From assembly GCA_951406725.2 (NCBI GenBank), contig OX597815.1:89652001-89716000 (forward strand): a stretch of 64,000 nucleotides of DNA. Reading direction: 5' to 3'. Numbering within the stretch: position 1 is the first letter of the stretch; each line of letters starts with the position of its first letter. Of this stretch, positions 14,341 to 28,038 are shown one piece after another. The notes beneath the pieces were generated by a model. That model was not told the DNA's origin, ran no database searches, and was given only the letters and a program-made list of their open reading frames with translations. Both the position numbers and the translations under genes were made by a program. The stretch comes from Octopus vulgaris (lineage: Eukaryota).

Positions 14341-14585
14341 GTAGTGGTTTAGAGCGCGGGCTACCAACCCCAAGATTCCGAGTTCGATTCCAGACAGTGA
14401 CCATAATAATAATAACAACATCGAAAAATACCTTAGAGGTTCGAAATGCCCAGGTTCGAAATTTCCCCCAGTCACCTGATGAAGGCTAGAGGGTATATCA
14501 GTCGAAACGTTGTGTTAACAACGAATAAAATGAGGACAAATATCCGTCAAAGGTAAATAATGTACATAATTCCCCATCTCTTAAA
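14336..14585 (+). mobile_element. tRNA-headed SINE with hammerhead motif (family H), copy 2
   Basis: A box TGGCGTAGTGG, B box GAGTTCGATTCC, (ATA)n linker, then CTGATGA..GAAACGTT. Confidence 0.8.
14473..14514 (+). ncRNA. Minimal type I hammerhead ribozyme motif
   Basis: cac CTGATGA aggct agagggtatatc agtc GAAA cgtt gtg. Confidence 0.65.
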
Positions 14586-16157
14586 CATAACATGTGTATG
14601 TGTAAGGTAAGTAGAGTTAGCGGTAGGAGTACCCGACTAAGGGATAAAAGTATCGGTATTTACTATGGGTATCAATTACCTGTGCTATCCCTGGGCTTTT
14701 GTATAAAGGGGAAATCAGGATGTTTACATAGCACTAAAATAGGACAAGAATTACTAATATGTCTAGAAAAAGACTAGTATCTATGATGTCGTAAGTAGGG
14801 CCAGTAAATATTTATCCAAAAACAAAACCGTACGGTCCTTATAATGGTGTACTTACATAAATATTGTGCTGGTCTCTACAATAGAGACCAAAATTTATCC
14901 ATTTCTACCATTGGTCAATTATATTTGAACCCAGGACAAAAGATATGAACGTTACAGGGGGTAAGTAAATAAAGAAGAAAACTAACCAGAAAATAAAGGG
15001 TGCGGGGGGAGTGTGATATAAGTGGCACGAGGCCGCTATTGGCCTTCTGCAACTTCTCGACAAAGCATAAATAAGAATAAAATAAATAGATAGATAAATT
15101 ACTTTCAGTCAAACTGAACCCGGAACCAAGTGGTTGGTGAGCAAGCTACTTACCACACAGCCGCTCCTGCGCCTATATATATATTTATATAAAATCACAA
15201 GCTTAATGTACATAGGAATCCTAATGGCAACTTATGACAGAATATCATATTAGTGTGAATAAATAGACTTGACAATTTCTTAAACACCCCAAGACAGAAT
15301 TAATAATAGGGAAACGATTAATTCTCACCTGGAGTATCAAATATCTATTCTGTAAACGAAGAAACAGCTGAAATAAAATCATCTACTAACCTGAGGCTCA
15401 TGATTATGAGGGTCAACATCGTACTCAACTTTATTGAAGATCTCATTTCCATTATAGGCACGCAAATCCAATATTGAAAGTAATTATATTCACATGAACA
15501 CTAAAAGTAAATTCGATCCTTGTAATAATAAAATAGCAAACATACAAAAATAAAACAAAATACTTGGTAATTGCAAAACAAATTCTTCTTTACTGAAATC
15601 CTTAGAAATCTCGAATATTTCAACCAAGAAACCCCATATGTGTAAATGTCTGTTACGCAATGCAATATTCTGATACTACGTTCGCATCAAGCAAATTTAA
15701 ACACTGCTATACTTTGCAAGGACATACATTAAGTAACAAGTATTTGGTAACATATATTTACTAAGGAAAAGTACAACGTTTAAAATCTTGTACATCATAA
15801 TCATTACCCAGTGTACACGGAAAATAAAAAGACTGCAAGATTTGTACAATGGATTGACTTAAAGTGCTTTCATTTCATAATAGATTAGGCAACATGTTAT
15901 TCAAGTTTCTTTCTATTTTTCTGTAAACACAGACACCCTTATAATTTGAAGAATAATTCCAAGTAAAATGACAGCCAAAGCGATTAATATTTTGTCCCTG
16001 AACCAGAAACTCATTAAATATTAGCTCCTCAATAATATAACCAAACCCCTTTTATTTTCTCCCTTCTGTAAGTTTGTGCGTGCCCGCTCCGGGCTATGTG
16101 GCAGTATTTTCATGTGTAGGTTATTTTCATGAGCATAAATGTAGATAAAGGAGTGTA

Positions 16158-16345
16158 TACGAGGGAGTATTGAAAAGTTTCTGGCTTCAGGGAAGATAAA
16201 ATAAAGGATCAATTAATTATGATTTTATTCAACATATCTTCCTTTCATATTCAAATATTCGTTGCAGCGTTCCTTCAGCTTTTCTAAGCTCTGTAAAAGA
16301 ACTATGCCCTTAAATACAGGAATTTTTCAGCATCTACCTTCAATA
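16158..16345. mobile_element. Mariner-type MITE, diverged copy
   Basis: Colinear with 18830-19050. Confidence 0.6.
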
Positions 16346-16383
16346 TATATGTGAGTGCGTGTATGCTAACTCGTTTTAGAGTA

Positions 16384-16600
16384 TATAGTAATCCCTCGAA
16401 TATCGCAGGTGTTACGTTCTAAAAACTCGCGTCAGGAGAAAATACGCGAAGTAGAAAGAGTACTGTATATTTTTTAATTATTTTTATAATTTGGATACAT
16501 TTATTTGATTATCAATGCAAAACAACACCACGGTGGAATCGACGTAAGCTTAAAAAATAAACCGCGATAGGTGAACCGCGATATGGCGAGAGATTATATA
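16384..16600. mobile_element. pogo/Tigger-like MITE
   Basis: TIRs tatagtaatccctcgaatatcgc / gcgatatggcgagagattatata with TA flanks. Confidence 0.6.
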
Positions 16601-18829
16601 TATTTGTATGTTTCTATATACGTTTATGTATGTATATATGCATAAATACCTATGCATGTATACACACACACACGCATATACACATACTCAGATACATGTA
16701 CGTGCATTTTTACTTATGTACGAGTACCAACCTGCATCTATAAGAATTGGCTCTATCTAAGAGGATTCTGCTCCAGTATTGCCATTATTCATTGTGCTAC
16801 TATGCCACGTTCCCTGTAAAACAACAGCTTTGGTTTCATACATACTTTGATCGGAGACTCTTTATATCTTCCACCAAATGCCAAATATATAAACTTTCTT
16901 AATTTAACACAGCCATTTTCTTATTCAGTGACAGCTATACTCTCGTTAGATCAGTAGAATTATGAATGATAGGCTTTTCGGAAGGTTTGACAATGCTATT
17001 CGATATTTTGCTCTACGTGTTTGAAATTCGTTAATATTTAATCGTAAAAGGTAACAAATAATATTATCTTTTATATGAACATTAATTGTATTTATATTGT
17101 AGTCTCGGTCTTAATGCATTCTCTATCCCTCTGTCTGTCTACGTGCCTATCTGTCTGCGTGCCTATCTGTCTGTTTGTCTCACTCACACACACGCTTTCT
17201 CTACTACAACAGTTATTGCCTTTTTCTTCCGGTTTGAACTGGTAGGTCTTTTAGGTTCTTTGATTCAGCAATCTAGGGCCCCTAATTTCTTTATCTTTCG
17301 CGACAATTGTCGTTTCTACCTTTAGGTCCAACACACAACCCAATAGATCCAGACCGCTTCACCAAGAAATTCGTTTCGAACAGCCCAAAACGTGCCTAAT
17401 ATTCAAAACGGTCTACTTGATTTACTTGTAAGCTTAACAATAGCAGTTACAAATACAAAAAGCAAAGTAACTTTCAAATATAAAGTATTTGATGGTTGGT
17501 GAAAGTTAATAACGGAGAAGCGACGTTGCCCAGTTTGTACTTATTGTTCCCTATGTTCTTGTCCATAATGAGATTATATAACAAAAATGATAAGTACTTA
17601 CTTATGTCTGATGTATATACTGAATTAACATTAATTAATTTACGAAAGCTGCCACAGCTAAAATGTTAGGGTATAACCCATACCAATCTTTTGTATGCAA
17701 AATAAATACAATGAGTACGTCTGAAATTTAACAGCCGAAATGTGCCTAACATTGAAATCCATCTACTTGATTTTAGTTATAAGTGTATAAACAGAAGCTA
17801 TAAATATTTGGATGTTTACTTGTGTGTATTACACAGCGTTGGCTAAACTCTATTAATACAAAACTGTAGTGCGTAGTATAAAATATACGCGTGTGTGTAA
17901 GTCTGTGTGTGCGTGTATGTGTGTGTTTGTGTTTGTGTATGTGTGCGTGCGTTTGCATGTAGGTGAGGTTGGTGATTATTTTTGCGTGTCTAATTATGAG
18001 GAAGCACTCACTGGATATTTAATAATAATTCGAACCATGGGAAATCAGAAATATGATTAATCTGTAAAGAAATGTTAAACATTGATGACTGTGATTATCA
18101 ACATAGGAATAACGAAGAGGAATGAATGAATACAGTTATGAGTTTCGTCCAATTAAAAATAGCTATGGCTTTGAGCAATGCCCAACATATAGGAAAGATA
18201 GCAGCAAGAGAGAATGGAATTTATTAGCTGTGCAAAAGTCAAAGTATTGACTGGAAACAATTAGATGTATCAGCCATAATTACACATAAATCTATCGTAT
18301 AAAATCTGCTATTACATGTAAGCGATTGACGCCAGATTGCATTATAAATATTGAATTACATTATTAAAAGGTAGACACAGAATTTCTGAATTGTTGATGG
18401 CATGTGGAATCTATGTACCAATATGGATGGTTGGGTGTATATGTAATTTGTTTGCGAATTTGTGCACAGACGGGTTTCGTACATGGTTGTATATTGATTC
18501 TCACTTGTATATGTGTGTGTGTGTATGTGTGTGTGTGTGTGTGTGCGTGTGCATGTGAGTGCCTTAAAAATACTCTGTATAGCTGAGGCTATTGTTATGT
18601 CTAACGTAATCATAATTCAACATAGGTAGAAAGTTAACAAATTTGAGATGAGAAAATAGTAAATTATACTAACTCTAGTAGATGACTAGCACAACATTGT
18701 ATCGTTACCGAAATGACGAGAATCAATGCTGACCTAGTAGTGATTTGAACTCGAAAACTAAATAGTCGAAATAAATATCGGAAGGTATTTTCCCGATGCT
18801 CTAACATTACTTTCATTTCCTTTCCCATG

Positions 18830-19050
18830 TACGAGGGGATGCTGAAATGTTCCTGGCTTTGTGTAAAGGAAAATACAGAAAGATCAGTTAATTATTATTT
18901 TATTCAACATGTTCTCCTTTCAGATTTACATACTTATTGCAGCGGTCCATCAGTTTTTTCAAACACTGTAAAATAACTCGGAAGGTTGGGTCTCCAAGCA
19001 GGCCTTTCGCGACACATTTAAAGCCAGCAACTTTTCAGCACCTCATCGTA
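18830..19050. mobile_element. Mariner-type MITE
   Basis: About 31-bp TIRs tacgaggggatgctgaaatgttcctggcttt / aaagccagcaacttttcagcacctcatcgta with TA ends. Confidence 0.75.
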
Positions 19051-19125
19051 TGTATGACGTAATAATAACTCAAAGGAGTTATACGAATCATCATTCTTTT
19101 TTCTAATCCATTGTGGGTGTATTAT

Positions 19126-19750
19126 AAGGCGGCAAGCTGGCAGAATCGTTAGCACGCCGGGCAAAATGCTTAGCGGTATTTCGTCTGTCTTTATGTCCTG
19201 AGTTCAAATTCCGCCGAGGTCGACTTGGCCTTTTATCCATTCGGGGTCGATAAATTAAGTACCAGTTGCATAGTGGGGTCTAATCGACTGTCCCCCTCCC
19301 CAATTTCGGGCCTTGTGGCTAGAGCAGAAAAGATTATGATTGTATTGTAAGACGGCGAGCTGACAGAAACGTTAGCACGCCGGGCGAAATGCGTAGCCGT
19401 ATTTCGTTTGCCGTTACGTTCTGAATTCAAATTCCGCCGAGGTCGACTTTGCCTTTCATCCTTTCAGGGTCGATTAAATAAGTACCAGTTGCGCACTGAG
19501 GTCGATATAATCAACTTAATCCGTTTGTCTGCCGTTGTTTGTCCTGTCTGTGTTTAGCCCCTTGTGGTTAGTAAAGAAATAGGTTTTCGTCTGTCTTTAA
19601 CGTTCTGAGTTCAAATTCCGCCGAGGTTGACTTTGCCTTTCATCCTTTCGGGGTCGATAAATTAAGTACCAGTTGCGTAGTTGGGTCTATCTAATCAACT
19701 GACCCCTCCCCACAAATTTCTAGCCGTGTGCCTAGAGTAGAAAATATTAT
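19126..19750 (+). mobile_element. SINE A cluster: tail-2 copy, tail-1 copy, then truncated tail-2 copy
   Basis: Three central domains; tail 1 ends at 19581 and is followed by ggttttcgtctgtc. Confidence 0.9.
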
Positions 19751-20756
19751 GAGTGCATTGTAGAATAATGAAATAATAAATAGGCTTAATAATAATGGGA
19801 ATCGTTTATTTCGGAGGTTATTTCTTAATTCTTATCTTGAATTCTCTGTACACTGATTTCTTTGATTGAAAGCTCAACTTGCCACAGACAATTCAGTTTC
19901 GTGTCCCTTCTTTAAGAAATTTACAAATAATTAGTTCACTACGAATAATAATTAGATATGTAACTTTTGTAAGTATTTTAAAATTTGAATTTGAGAACCT
20001 ATACAGTTTTACCTATCCTTAAATCCTTAAAAATGTTTTAGCCCGAAGGCCGCGGCCATGCTGGGGCACCACCTATATCAGAAAAAAATTATGAAGCTGT
20101 TTAGCGTATATGATTTTATAAATGCCCATATTTGAGTATTATTAAGAAGAAAAAAAAAGGTTTACATTTGCACGAGATACAACGATCTATATTTCACAGA
20201 TGTTACAAAACACACAGATAAACGGCGTTGGAAAGGTAGAAAATAATGTGAACTCCGTTACGACCAGCAATAAAACTAACATATGAACTCTTACATTTGT
20301 ATTCGTGTTTTATTTTTTTCAATCAAAATTACACCGTCAAATTAAGTTAAAAGTTTGTAAAGATTTCTCATGAGGAATATTTTAATTCTAGAGAAATATC
20401 TTATAGTTTTACTTACCTTCAATATTTTGTTTCTAAACGTAAACGATTTGAAATAGATAGATCTAAAAAAAATTTCCACCTTGAAAATCTTCTATAAAAG
20501 TAAAATTAATATTGATTTCTTGCGTACGCCGATTCACTATTTTGCAAGACGGGACACAAGTGGGCAGAAAAGAGTTCAGGAAATCTGTTGGATATTTGAT
20601 GTCATATTTGCGAATAAGAGTGAAGTGAATTGCGCAGTATAGGCAACGATATAAATTTCACTTGATTCATAGCTAACCGATCTTATAAAGATGAAAGAAA
20701 TTTTCTAACCATACGAAATTTTAACTCAGTGCTAAAAATTAACTATTACTTCTTTC

Positions 20757-20804
<48 letters not shown>

Positions 20805-21539
20805 CCTATACATATATATATATATATATATATATAACCACACACGCACACACACAGAGTTATATATTTGTGTGTATGTGTATGCATACATGAGTGCACA
20901 CACACACGCACATTTATATAGTGTGTATATCTATATGTGTGCATGTGTATTTTGCTACGTATGTAAACATTATGAATGTTGACCTCAATGTATTTTCTCG
21001 AAAAATCAGCGTTTACTCGGAGGTATTGTTGGCGCACAATGTATTAATGTCTTGTTATTTTTTCACTTTTTACCACAGTAATTAAAAACAGGAAATTCCG
21101 TTCGCATACTGAAGTTGATTAAAAACTATCTGTAAAATATCCGTCCATGACACCACATAAAATCAGAGGTCCCTAATACCAACTTACTGACGGAGAAAGA
21201 GAAGTTTCATTCTTCTTCATCTTTGATATTTTGGGAAGCATTTCCCTCGATATTTGGGATTAATGAATGTTTTTGGTCACTTAAGTTTCTCTCATATTGA
21301 GACTAGTAGGATTAACTTTTAGAAAAATCTATCGCTAGATTTCAATCGATGTACATTTTTGCTTGATTTGGTCTCGATTGTGTATTCTGTACCCATTCTT
21401 AATTCTTGTTAATATCATCGGTGGGTGTTATACATATTCTATGTAACTCCGCTTTACAGATGGAGATTTTTCTAGGCGGACAAATCTGTTTGGTTCTTCA
21501 GTTTCGAAGTTAGCTGTGCGTTGGTTGATAGGCCACAAA

Positions 21540-21843
21540 AAGTAAAGACCCGCTTCGGTCATGAATGACATTGGGATTGCTTCTAGAATGTTCCCCTCCG
21601 AGGCACAAGTCTGGGCAAGGTTGTCTATTGAAGAACAGCAATCGCCCAAGCATACGGGCCTCCCCACTCCACGCCACTGGTATCCAAGAGAATACAGCTT
21701 GGCACTAGCGACGTCATAACGCATTTCTACCGCTGAGTGGACTGAAGTAACATGAAATAAAGTGTCTTGCTCAAAAATGCAACACAGCGAACTCACTACC
21801 TCATGATTGTGAGCCTGACGCGCTAACCACTGAGCCATGCACC
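21540..21843 (-). mobile_element. SINE family C (tRNA-like head, TTGAGCAAGACAC core)
   Basis: Head TGGCTCAGTGGTTAG; homologous to 51288-51622. Confidence 0.75.
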
Positions 21844-21929
21844 TTATGATTTAAGATCTGGCAAAAGTTGAAATCCAGTTAACTATTGCTAACTTCTAAA
21901 TTATTTCTAGTTAAGGGATTGTCATGTGT

Positions 21930-22410
21930 ACAAGGATCGACTGAAATGTTCATAGGATGACCAAGATACTCTCATGGAATGTAACAGAACGAGCTATATT
22001 TTTCAGCTTAGTCCACCTTGGGATATACATACGTCTTCCATAGTGCTATAGAGCTTAGATTCCACTGATGGAGAAGCTTTCATCCTGTTGGTAAAAAAAG
22101 TTATCAACAGCAGATTTCATATAATTATCAGTAGTCAGATGGAGTGACCGATGAACCAGTTAGTTCAATTCCACAATCATGCGCAGCAATTATTGATATC
22201 AAGGAGTTGTGTGCTAGAGCATTGTCCTAGTGAAACAAGACATCTTTCGTCAGTTTTCCTAGGACTTTGGTCTGAGTTGCCTTTCGTAACCGCCTCAGAA
22301 AGCAGGAATAATACTCTCCATTGATGGGGTGGTCCTTTTGAAGACAATCAATACACACGACGTCTTTTTCATCCCCCCAAACTGAAACCATCAGTTTCCC
22401 TGCAAATGAG
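21930..22410 (-). mobile_element. Degraded mariner-like fragment
   Basis: Minus-strand FH*DNALAH resembles the mariner HDNAxxH motif. Confidence 0.4.
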
Positions 22411-23899
22411 TCAATGTCCTTATGAAATATTTCTCAAAAACCAACCAACGGAGACTATCCAATGAAGGAATACGAACGAGAGACAATCACTTGCTAACAA
22501 ACTTCTTCAGAGCCACAAATATAGCAAAAATATACCCTGAAAAGCTACAGTTCTAAGGGACCACAATGTTCTTCATAAGCTATTGCTATTACTTGCACAA
22601 AGAGAGTCTCAAAATTCGGAAGTTTAGTAAATTTATAATACTTCTAATGCACAAAAAAGTCTAATTGAAGAAGCCTCAGGTCTATTGGCCTGGTTATACC
22701 CAACGATAAAAATTCTAGAAACACCAATTCTCGACATCACTAAAGACAAACTTCAAATCTCAATTTGGATTCAAACTAAAATAGTTAAATATGACATTAT
22801 ATACGAACCTAAAACTAAAAATAAATTATGGCTTTGTTAACAAGCCTCCCTTACATGCCACGCTATCACCAGTATCATTATTACTGTCCATTCCATTTAC
22901 ACTATCCCTTTATAAACAAAAACTTACAATGTCGACTACAAAATGTTTATCAGACAGCCAAGCCGATGCAGTGTAACATATTACACAAAAGTAACATATT
23001 ATTCAGAACCTGTAATTTCCTGAACAGAATTTCACAGAGATCCTTTGCTTCAAATCGTATTTTCAAAATTTATCTTCATAATAGTTTCACCTCTCCCCAA
23101 ATAGACTTACTCAAACGCAGATGACAACATTCCTATTTCATTTCTGCACCACATTTCTGACAATGGAACATAGTACGGCCAACGCCTTGCAGGTTAACTT
23201 ACAATAGAATAATAGACTCAAAATAGAATCTTTTAGAGTCACGGCCGACCTTCTTCCAAATACAACCAATCATCACACTCAGTAATTTAAATACAAGGCA
23301 CGCTCTACTATTTATATAATACTTTTCTTTTAAAAAATTTAGTGTAACATGTAAAGGGCATTAAAGAGTGAAATAATTCCCAAACCTACTTAGACCAGTA
23401 ACAGATACCTCTTTTAGATAACTGAAACAAATAACATTGATGTACAAACAATACGCAAAATCCAGCATAGATTAAGTCATCTCTCACTATGATCTATTAA
23501 TACCGCAACTGAACATAAGTACAAAATAGGTGTTATGCATGAAGCCATATTTACAACGTAACAAAAGTATCAAAGAGGGAAGAATCATCTGAGGTACAGT
23601 ATATGAAACATCGCCTCCAACATCCCAGTATCATATACTACAGAGCACTAACGCAACAATATCCTAAAAGCACTATATATCGTACTCAATCAGAACAACC
23701 ATAAGGAAAACAGCATCAATAAACTCACTTTAACCTCATACAATGCTTCTTTAGAAACCACCATCATTAAGTACAAGTGATGACAACTACCTCTGTTCGT
23801 CAGGCTGCACATTGTCTATCGCAACTGTAACACTGTAATGTACCACATATCCGACCCTAATGTAGATAATTTAAATCAGTTCAAGCAAGTCTTAATATT

Positions 23900-24050
23900 C
23901 ACGACGCCACCAAATATCTAGCAAATATATTTGAATTCTCTTCAGCGCATTGGTGTCCCTTCTCACATTTTGCAAATGAAATTAGAAGTGCTCATTATTT
24001 TGCTTCTAAGTTGGAAGCACCAAACTTCTGCAATAGTGAAAGACTATCTA
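23900..24050 (+). pseudogene. Helitron Pif1-type helicase relic
   Basis: YLNSLQRIGVPSHILQMKLEVLIILL / LEAPNFCNSERL resembles FLNSL..PG.PPH.L.LK.G.PIILLRNL....LCNGTRL. Confidence 0.55.
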
Positions 24051-25924
24051 ACCGGAGTCATTAGACCATACGTGCTCAGATGAAGAAATATTTTCTTGCA
24101 GAATTAAACACATACCTGTCAGAATTCCATATGCATTTAAAAGTACAAGAATATATAACGATATAAAGTATAATATGATTATAGTATTTCTTAAGGCAGG
24201 AAAGAAAGAATTTCAATAAACAAAGTTTATAGCAACCATGAAAATCGAACGTCGGACAGGTATCCACCTTACAGCGAAAACATATGAGAAAATTACATGA
24301 GGAAACACTGCAAGAAAACATTCTTTATGTACACACACACACAAGCACATAGAGAAACAAACACACACACGCGCACACATACATTTACACAGACACATAC
24401 ATACATATATATATATATATGCATACTTACATTTGTATATATACATACATATATATATATATATAAATACATACGCGCATATATTTATATATTTATTTAT
24501 ACATGCACACACAGATGCACACACGCATGCACACACACATACACACACGCATATACATACATGCACGGTTTAGTCAGCCGAAATTTCAAAGTCACTCTCA
24601 ACAAAACATACTTGTTTAAGAATAATAAATTTCTACTCTACCAACGTACAAAGTAACCCATTAAATAAGAAATAAACTTGTTTTTATTATAACTGAACAT
24701 AAAAACATATTAACACAAGCATAGTATATATACATATATACATATGTAGATAGAGAGAGAAAGAGAGAGAGGGGGGAAGGAGAAAAAGAAATTGATTGGT
24801 AGATAGATAGGTATATATGCGGGGAATTGTGTACGTACGTATACTATAGATACATAAATGTACACACAAAAACACACGTATGCATGAGTAGATGGATGCG
24901 GTGTACCTCAAACCAAGTTGACGAAGGCTCTCAGACCAAAACGTCGAAGTCACAGTCACCCAATTACTTGTAAAATCTTATGAAACTTGCACTCGGCAAA
25001 AATAGTATTGAGTAATTCTTCAATTTACTGTTAAATTGTTTTTAAATATTATGTGACATATAAACAATACACTGTCAAGCGCACACACACATATATGTAT
25101 GTGTGTGTGCGTGTATGAATTTATATATATATGTATCAGAGAGACATTTTGTTTGGATTAGCTTTCATTACATCGAAAAAGCAATTTATCTGCGAGGATA
25201 GATTTTATTGCTGAGATTGCAAAAGTAATGTCAAAATGTTATTTCATTATGTTTTATAAATGATTCTCGAACATCGTTCACCTCTTCGTAGGGAATACAA
25301 TGATGTCTAATTTTCTTTTCATCATTCTGATCATCGGTAAATTATGAGTACTTTGAAGTTCAACCCACCGACTAAACACCACTCACCAATACAAAATCCT
25401 GTACTGATGCAACTGTTAGAAATCAATATATAATATATTTTGTATAGTAATATCAAGACAGCGCTACATATATGAGTCCGTGTATATATTAAACAGCAAT
25501 TGATATTGTATTTCTTTTGCTCTTTATACTATTCAGGTCTTATTGAAATAAATCAGAGACATAATGAACAGCTTTATACTCCAAAATATGCTAGACGTCC
25601 GTGTTATTATCAATAAAACTTGCCTTAACATATAATAATCAACATTTATTATGTCATATGCAACCAAAATCATTATAAATTATTACATACCCCTACTTCA
25701 TGTTTCTTTTATATTATTATGCTGCAGTTTACTAGTTTATTATACGAAGATTGTTATTTCAATTTCGGATACGATATCCTTTGTAAATAACACTATATCA
25801 ATATTATGGGTTACGGATATGCCACGTTCAATTTTTGTAATTCAATTTTCTTTGATTTCTCGTATTAGATGTAATATTATCGTCTGTAATAGTTCTGGTA
25901 GTAATAAAACAGTTGTCAGCAACG

Positions 25925-26174
25925 GTAGTAGTAGTATTGTTATTATTATTATTGTTATTATCATTGTTATTATTATCATCATCATCATTATCATCATCAT
26001 CATTATTATCATCATCATCATTATTATCATCATCATTATTATCATCATCATCATTATTATCATCATCATTATTATCATCATCATCATCATCATCATCATC
26101 ATTATTATTATTATCATTATCATCATCATCATCATCATCATTATTAGTAGTAGTAGTAGTAGTAGTAGTAGTAA
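25925..26174. repeat. (ATT)/(ATC)/(AGT)n compound microsatellite
   Basis: Directly visible. Confidence 0.95.
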
Positions 26175-26381
26175 TACCTTTTTCATTATGTACATGAACT
26201 CGAATAGATGCAAAAGTTATGAATCTCTCACTTTGGGTTTGAGAGAAAGAAAGAATAACGTCAAGCGTGAATAATAAGGGTTTAGAATTTCATAGAGAGT
26301 GGGAAGCAGCATTATGGAAAGGAAGAAAAACTAGGAATTTTGAAGATACACACGCACACCTAAATACACGAATACACATAC

Positions 26382-26448
<67 letters not shown>

Positions 26449-26474
26449 CAAGCACACATACACACATATATATA

Positions 26475-26780
26475 TAAATGTAAGATCCAAGGATCGAGGT
26501 GCAGGAAGAAAATGAGCTTCAAGCAATCCATAGAAAATATTAAAAACAAAACATCCTTCAGGAACAATAATGATTTACCGGGGAGGAAGGTTGTGGATTT
26601 TTTCCGTATCGACGTACTATAAGCTAACAAAAGTTGTTATATTTTACCGTAGGTAGTCAGGATTGTCAGGTATGCGATTAAAAATCGAAGAGTTAAGGAA
26701 TGGAGTAAAATCCAGCTAAAATCTGCACGCTATGAAACATATGTAGCCCGAATTTTATCTGCTCCATTCCTTAACTTTAG
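26475..26780 (+). mobile_element. Unclassified interspersed repeat between (TA)n tracts, possibly Penelope-derived
   Basis: Second partial copy on minus at about 35655-35775; terminal 15-bp inverted repeat agttaaggaatggag/ctccattccttaact. Confidence 0.55.
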
Positions 26781-26861
26781 TATATATATATATATTTTTT
26801 TTTTTTTTTTGTACTTGTTTCAGTCATTTGACTGCGGCCATGCTGGAGCACCGCCTTTTAG

Positions 26862-27025
26862 AATGGTGAAAGAGTACAGCAGGGATCACCACCTCCTGCC
26901 GGAGCCTCGTGGAGCTTTTAGGTGTTTTCGCTCAATAAACACACACAACGCCCGGTCTGGGAATCGAAACCGCGATCCTCCGACCGCAAGTCCGCTGCCC
27001 TAACCACTAGGCCATTGCGCCTCCC
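26862..27025 (-). mobile_element. SINE family D (tRNA-like head)
   Basis: GGCGCAATGGCCTAGTGGTTAG...GGTTTCGATTCCC on minus. Confidence 0.65.
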
Positions 27026-27881
27026 ATACTATATGTTATATATATATATATATATATCCGTGTAAATACATATGCACATATTTCAAAGTCATAAGCACGT
27101 TTGTACACAGATGCACGTGGATGTACATACACACACATACATATGCACGTATGCATGCCTACACACTCATACACACATTTGTATGCATATATATTTTACG
27201 GAAACTAATAACAAAATATAATGGAAAATGCAAAAATGAAGCCAATGTTTAATCCTAAAAAAATTACTTCAAGGATTTTCGTACTTTGTTGAGTTGGGTA
27301 CTCTAAAACCTTACTCAAATCTTTCAAATTTTGTTTCACTGCAACTGAATACTGAACTATTTATTTTTGAGAAATTTGCTGCTGGAGATCTTTGACAGCT
27401 GAGTTTCACTTATTGTATACTATAGTATAGTATATATTAATTTTAATTATGACATAATCTATTGCTCCGATGTTTATTCTTTGAGCGTAAATAATTTTGT
27501 GCCGCTACAACTTGGGAAATTTTCTGTCATTGTAGATGCCTAATTTTGTCTAATACCGTCACATTTGATTTTAGAAGAGCAAAACATATCTGTTCACCTG
27601 CATTTACTTAACCTCATTTAACTGAGGGGGGATTTCAATGAAGTTTGGTAAGAATTGTTCGTCTTCAGCTCTTCTGTGTTGAGTCTTTATGTGAATTTGG
27701 TAAGTGCATCTATAACTATTTCTTCTTCATCGCCTGTTGAATGTGTTTGTCGACTCCGAAAGAACGAAAAGCAAAGTCGACCTCGGTGTAATTTGAAATT
27801 AGAACGTGAAAACGAACGAAATGTTGCTAAGAGTTTTGCACTGCTTGTTAATGATTCCGATTGCTCGTAGTCTTCTGCTTC

Positions 27882-27882
<1 letters not shown>

Positions 27883-27924
<42 letters not shown>

Positions 27925-27986
27925 GAATAATAATAATATTAGTAATAATATTAATAACAACAATAATAGCAACACTTATAATAATG

Positions 27987-28038
<52 letters not shown>

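Noticed and set aside
14336-14400. tRNA gene (also SINE heads at 21843, 27025, 48558 and 51622)
   Set aside because: A/B boxes are present but there is no complete cloverleaf, and each continues into a repeat body
22420-23780. Strand-biased A-rich tract that may be an ancient LINE remnant (also the T-rich 42250-43300)
   Set aside because: No motif could be read with confidence
25651-26274. Long ORFs rich in poly-I/M/S/N or [12 protein letters not shown] (also 27806-28760, 50937-51320, 60898-61394 and others)
   Set aside because: They are translations of stop-free microsatellites, not genes
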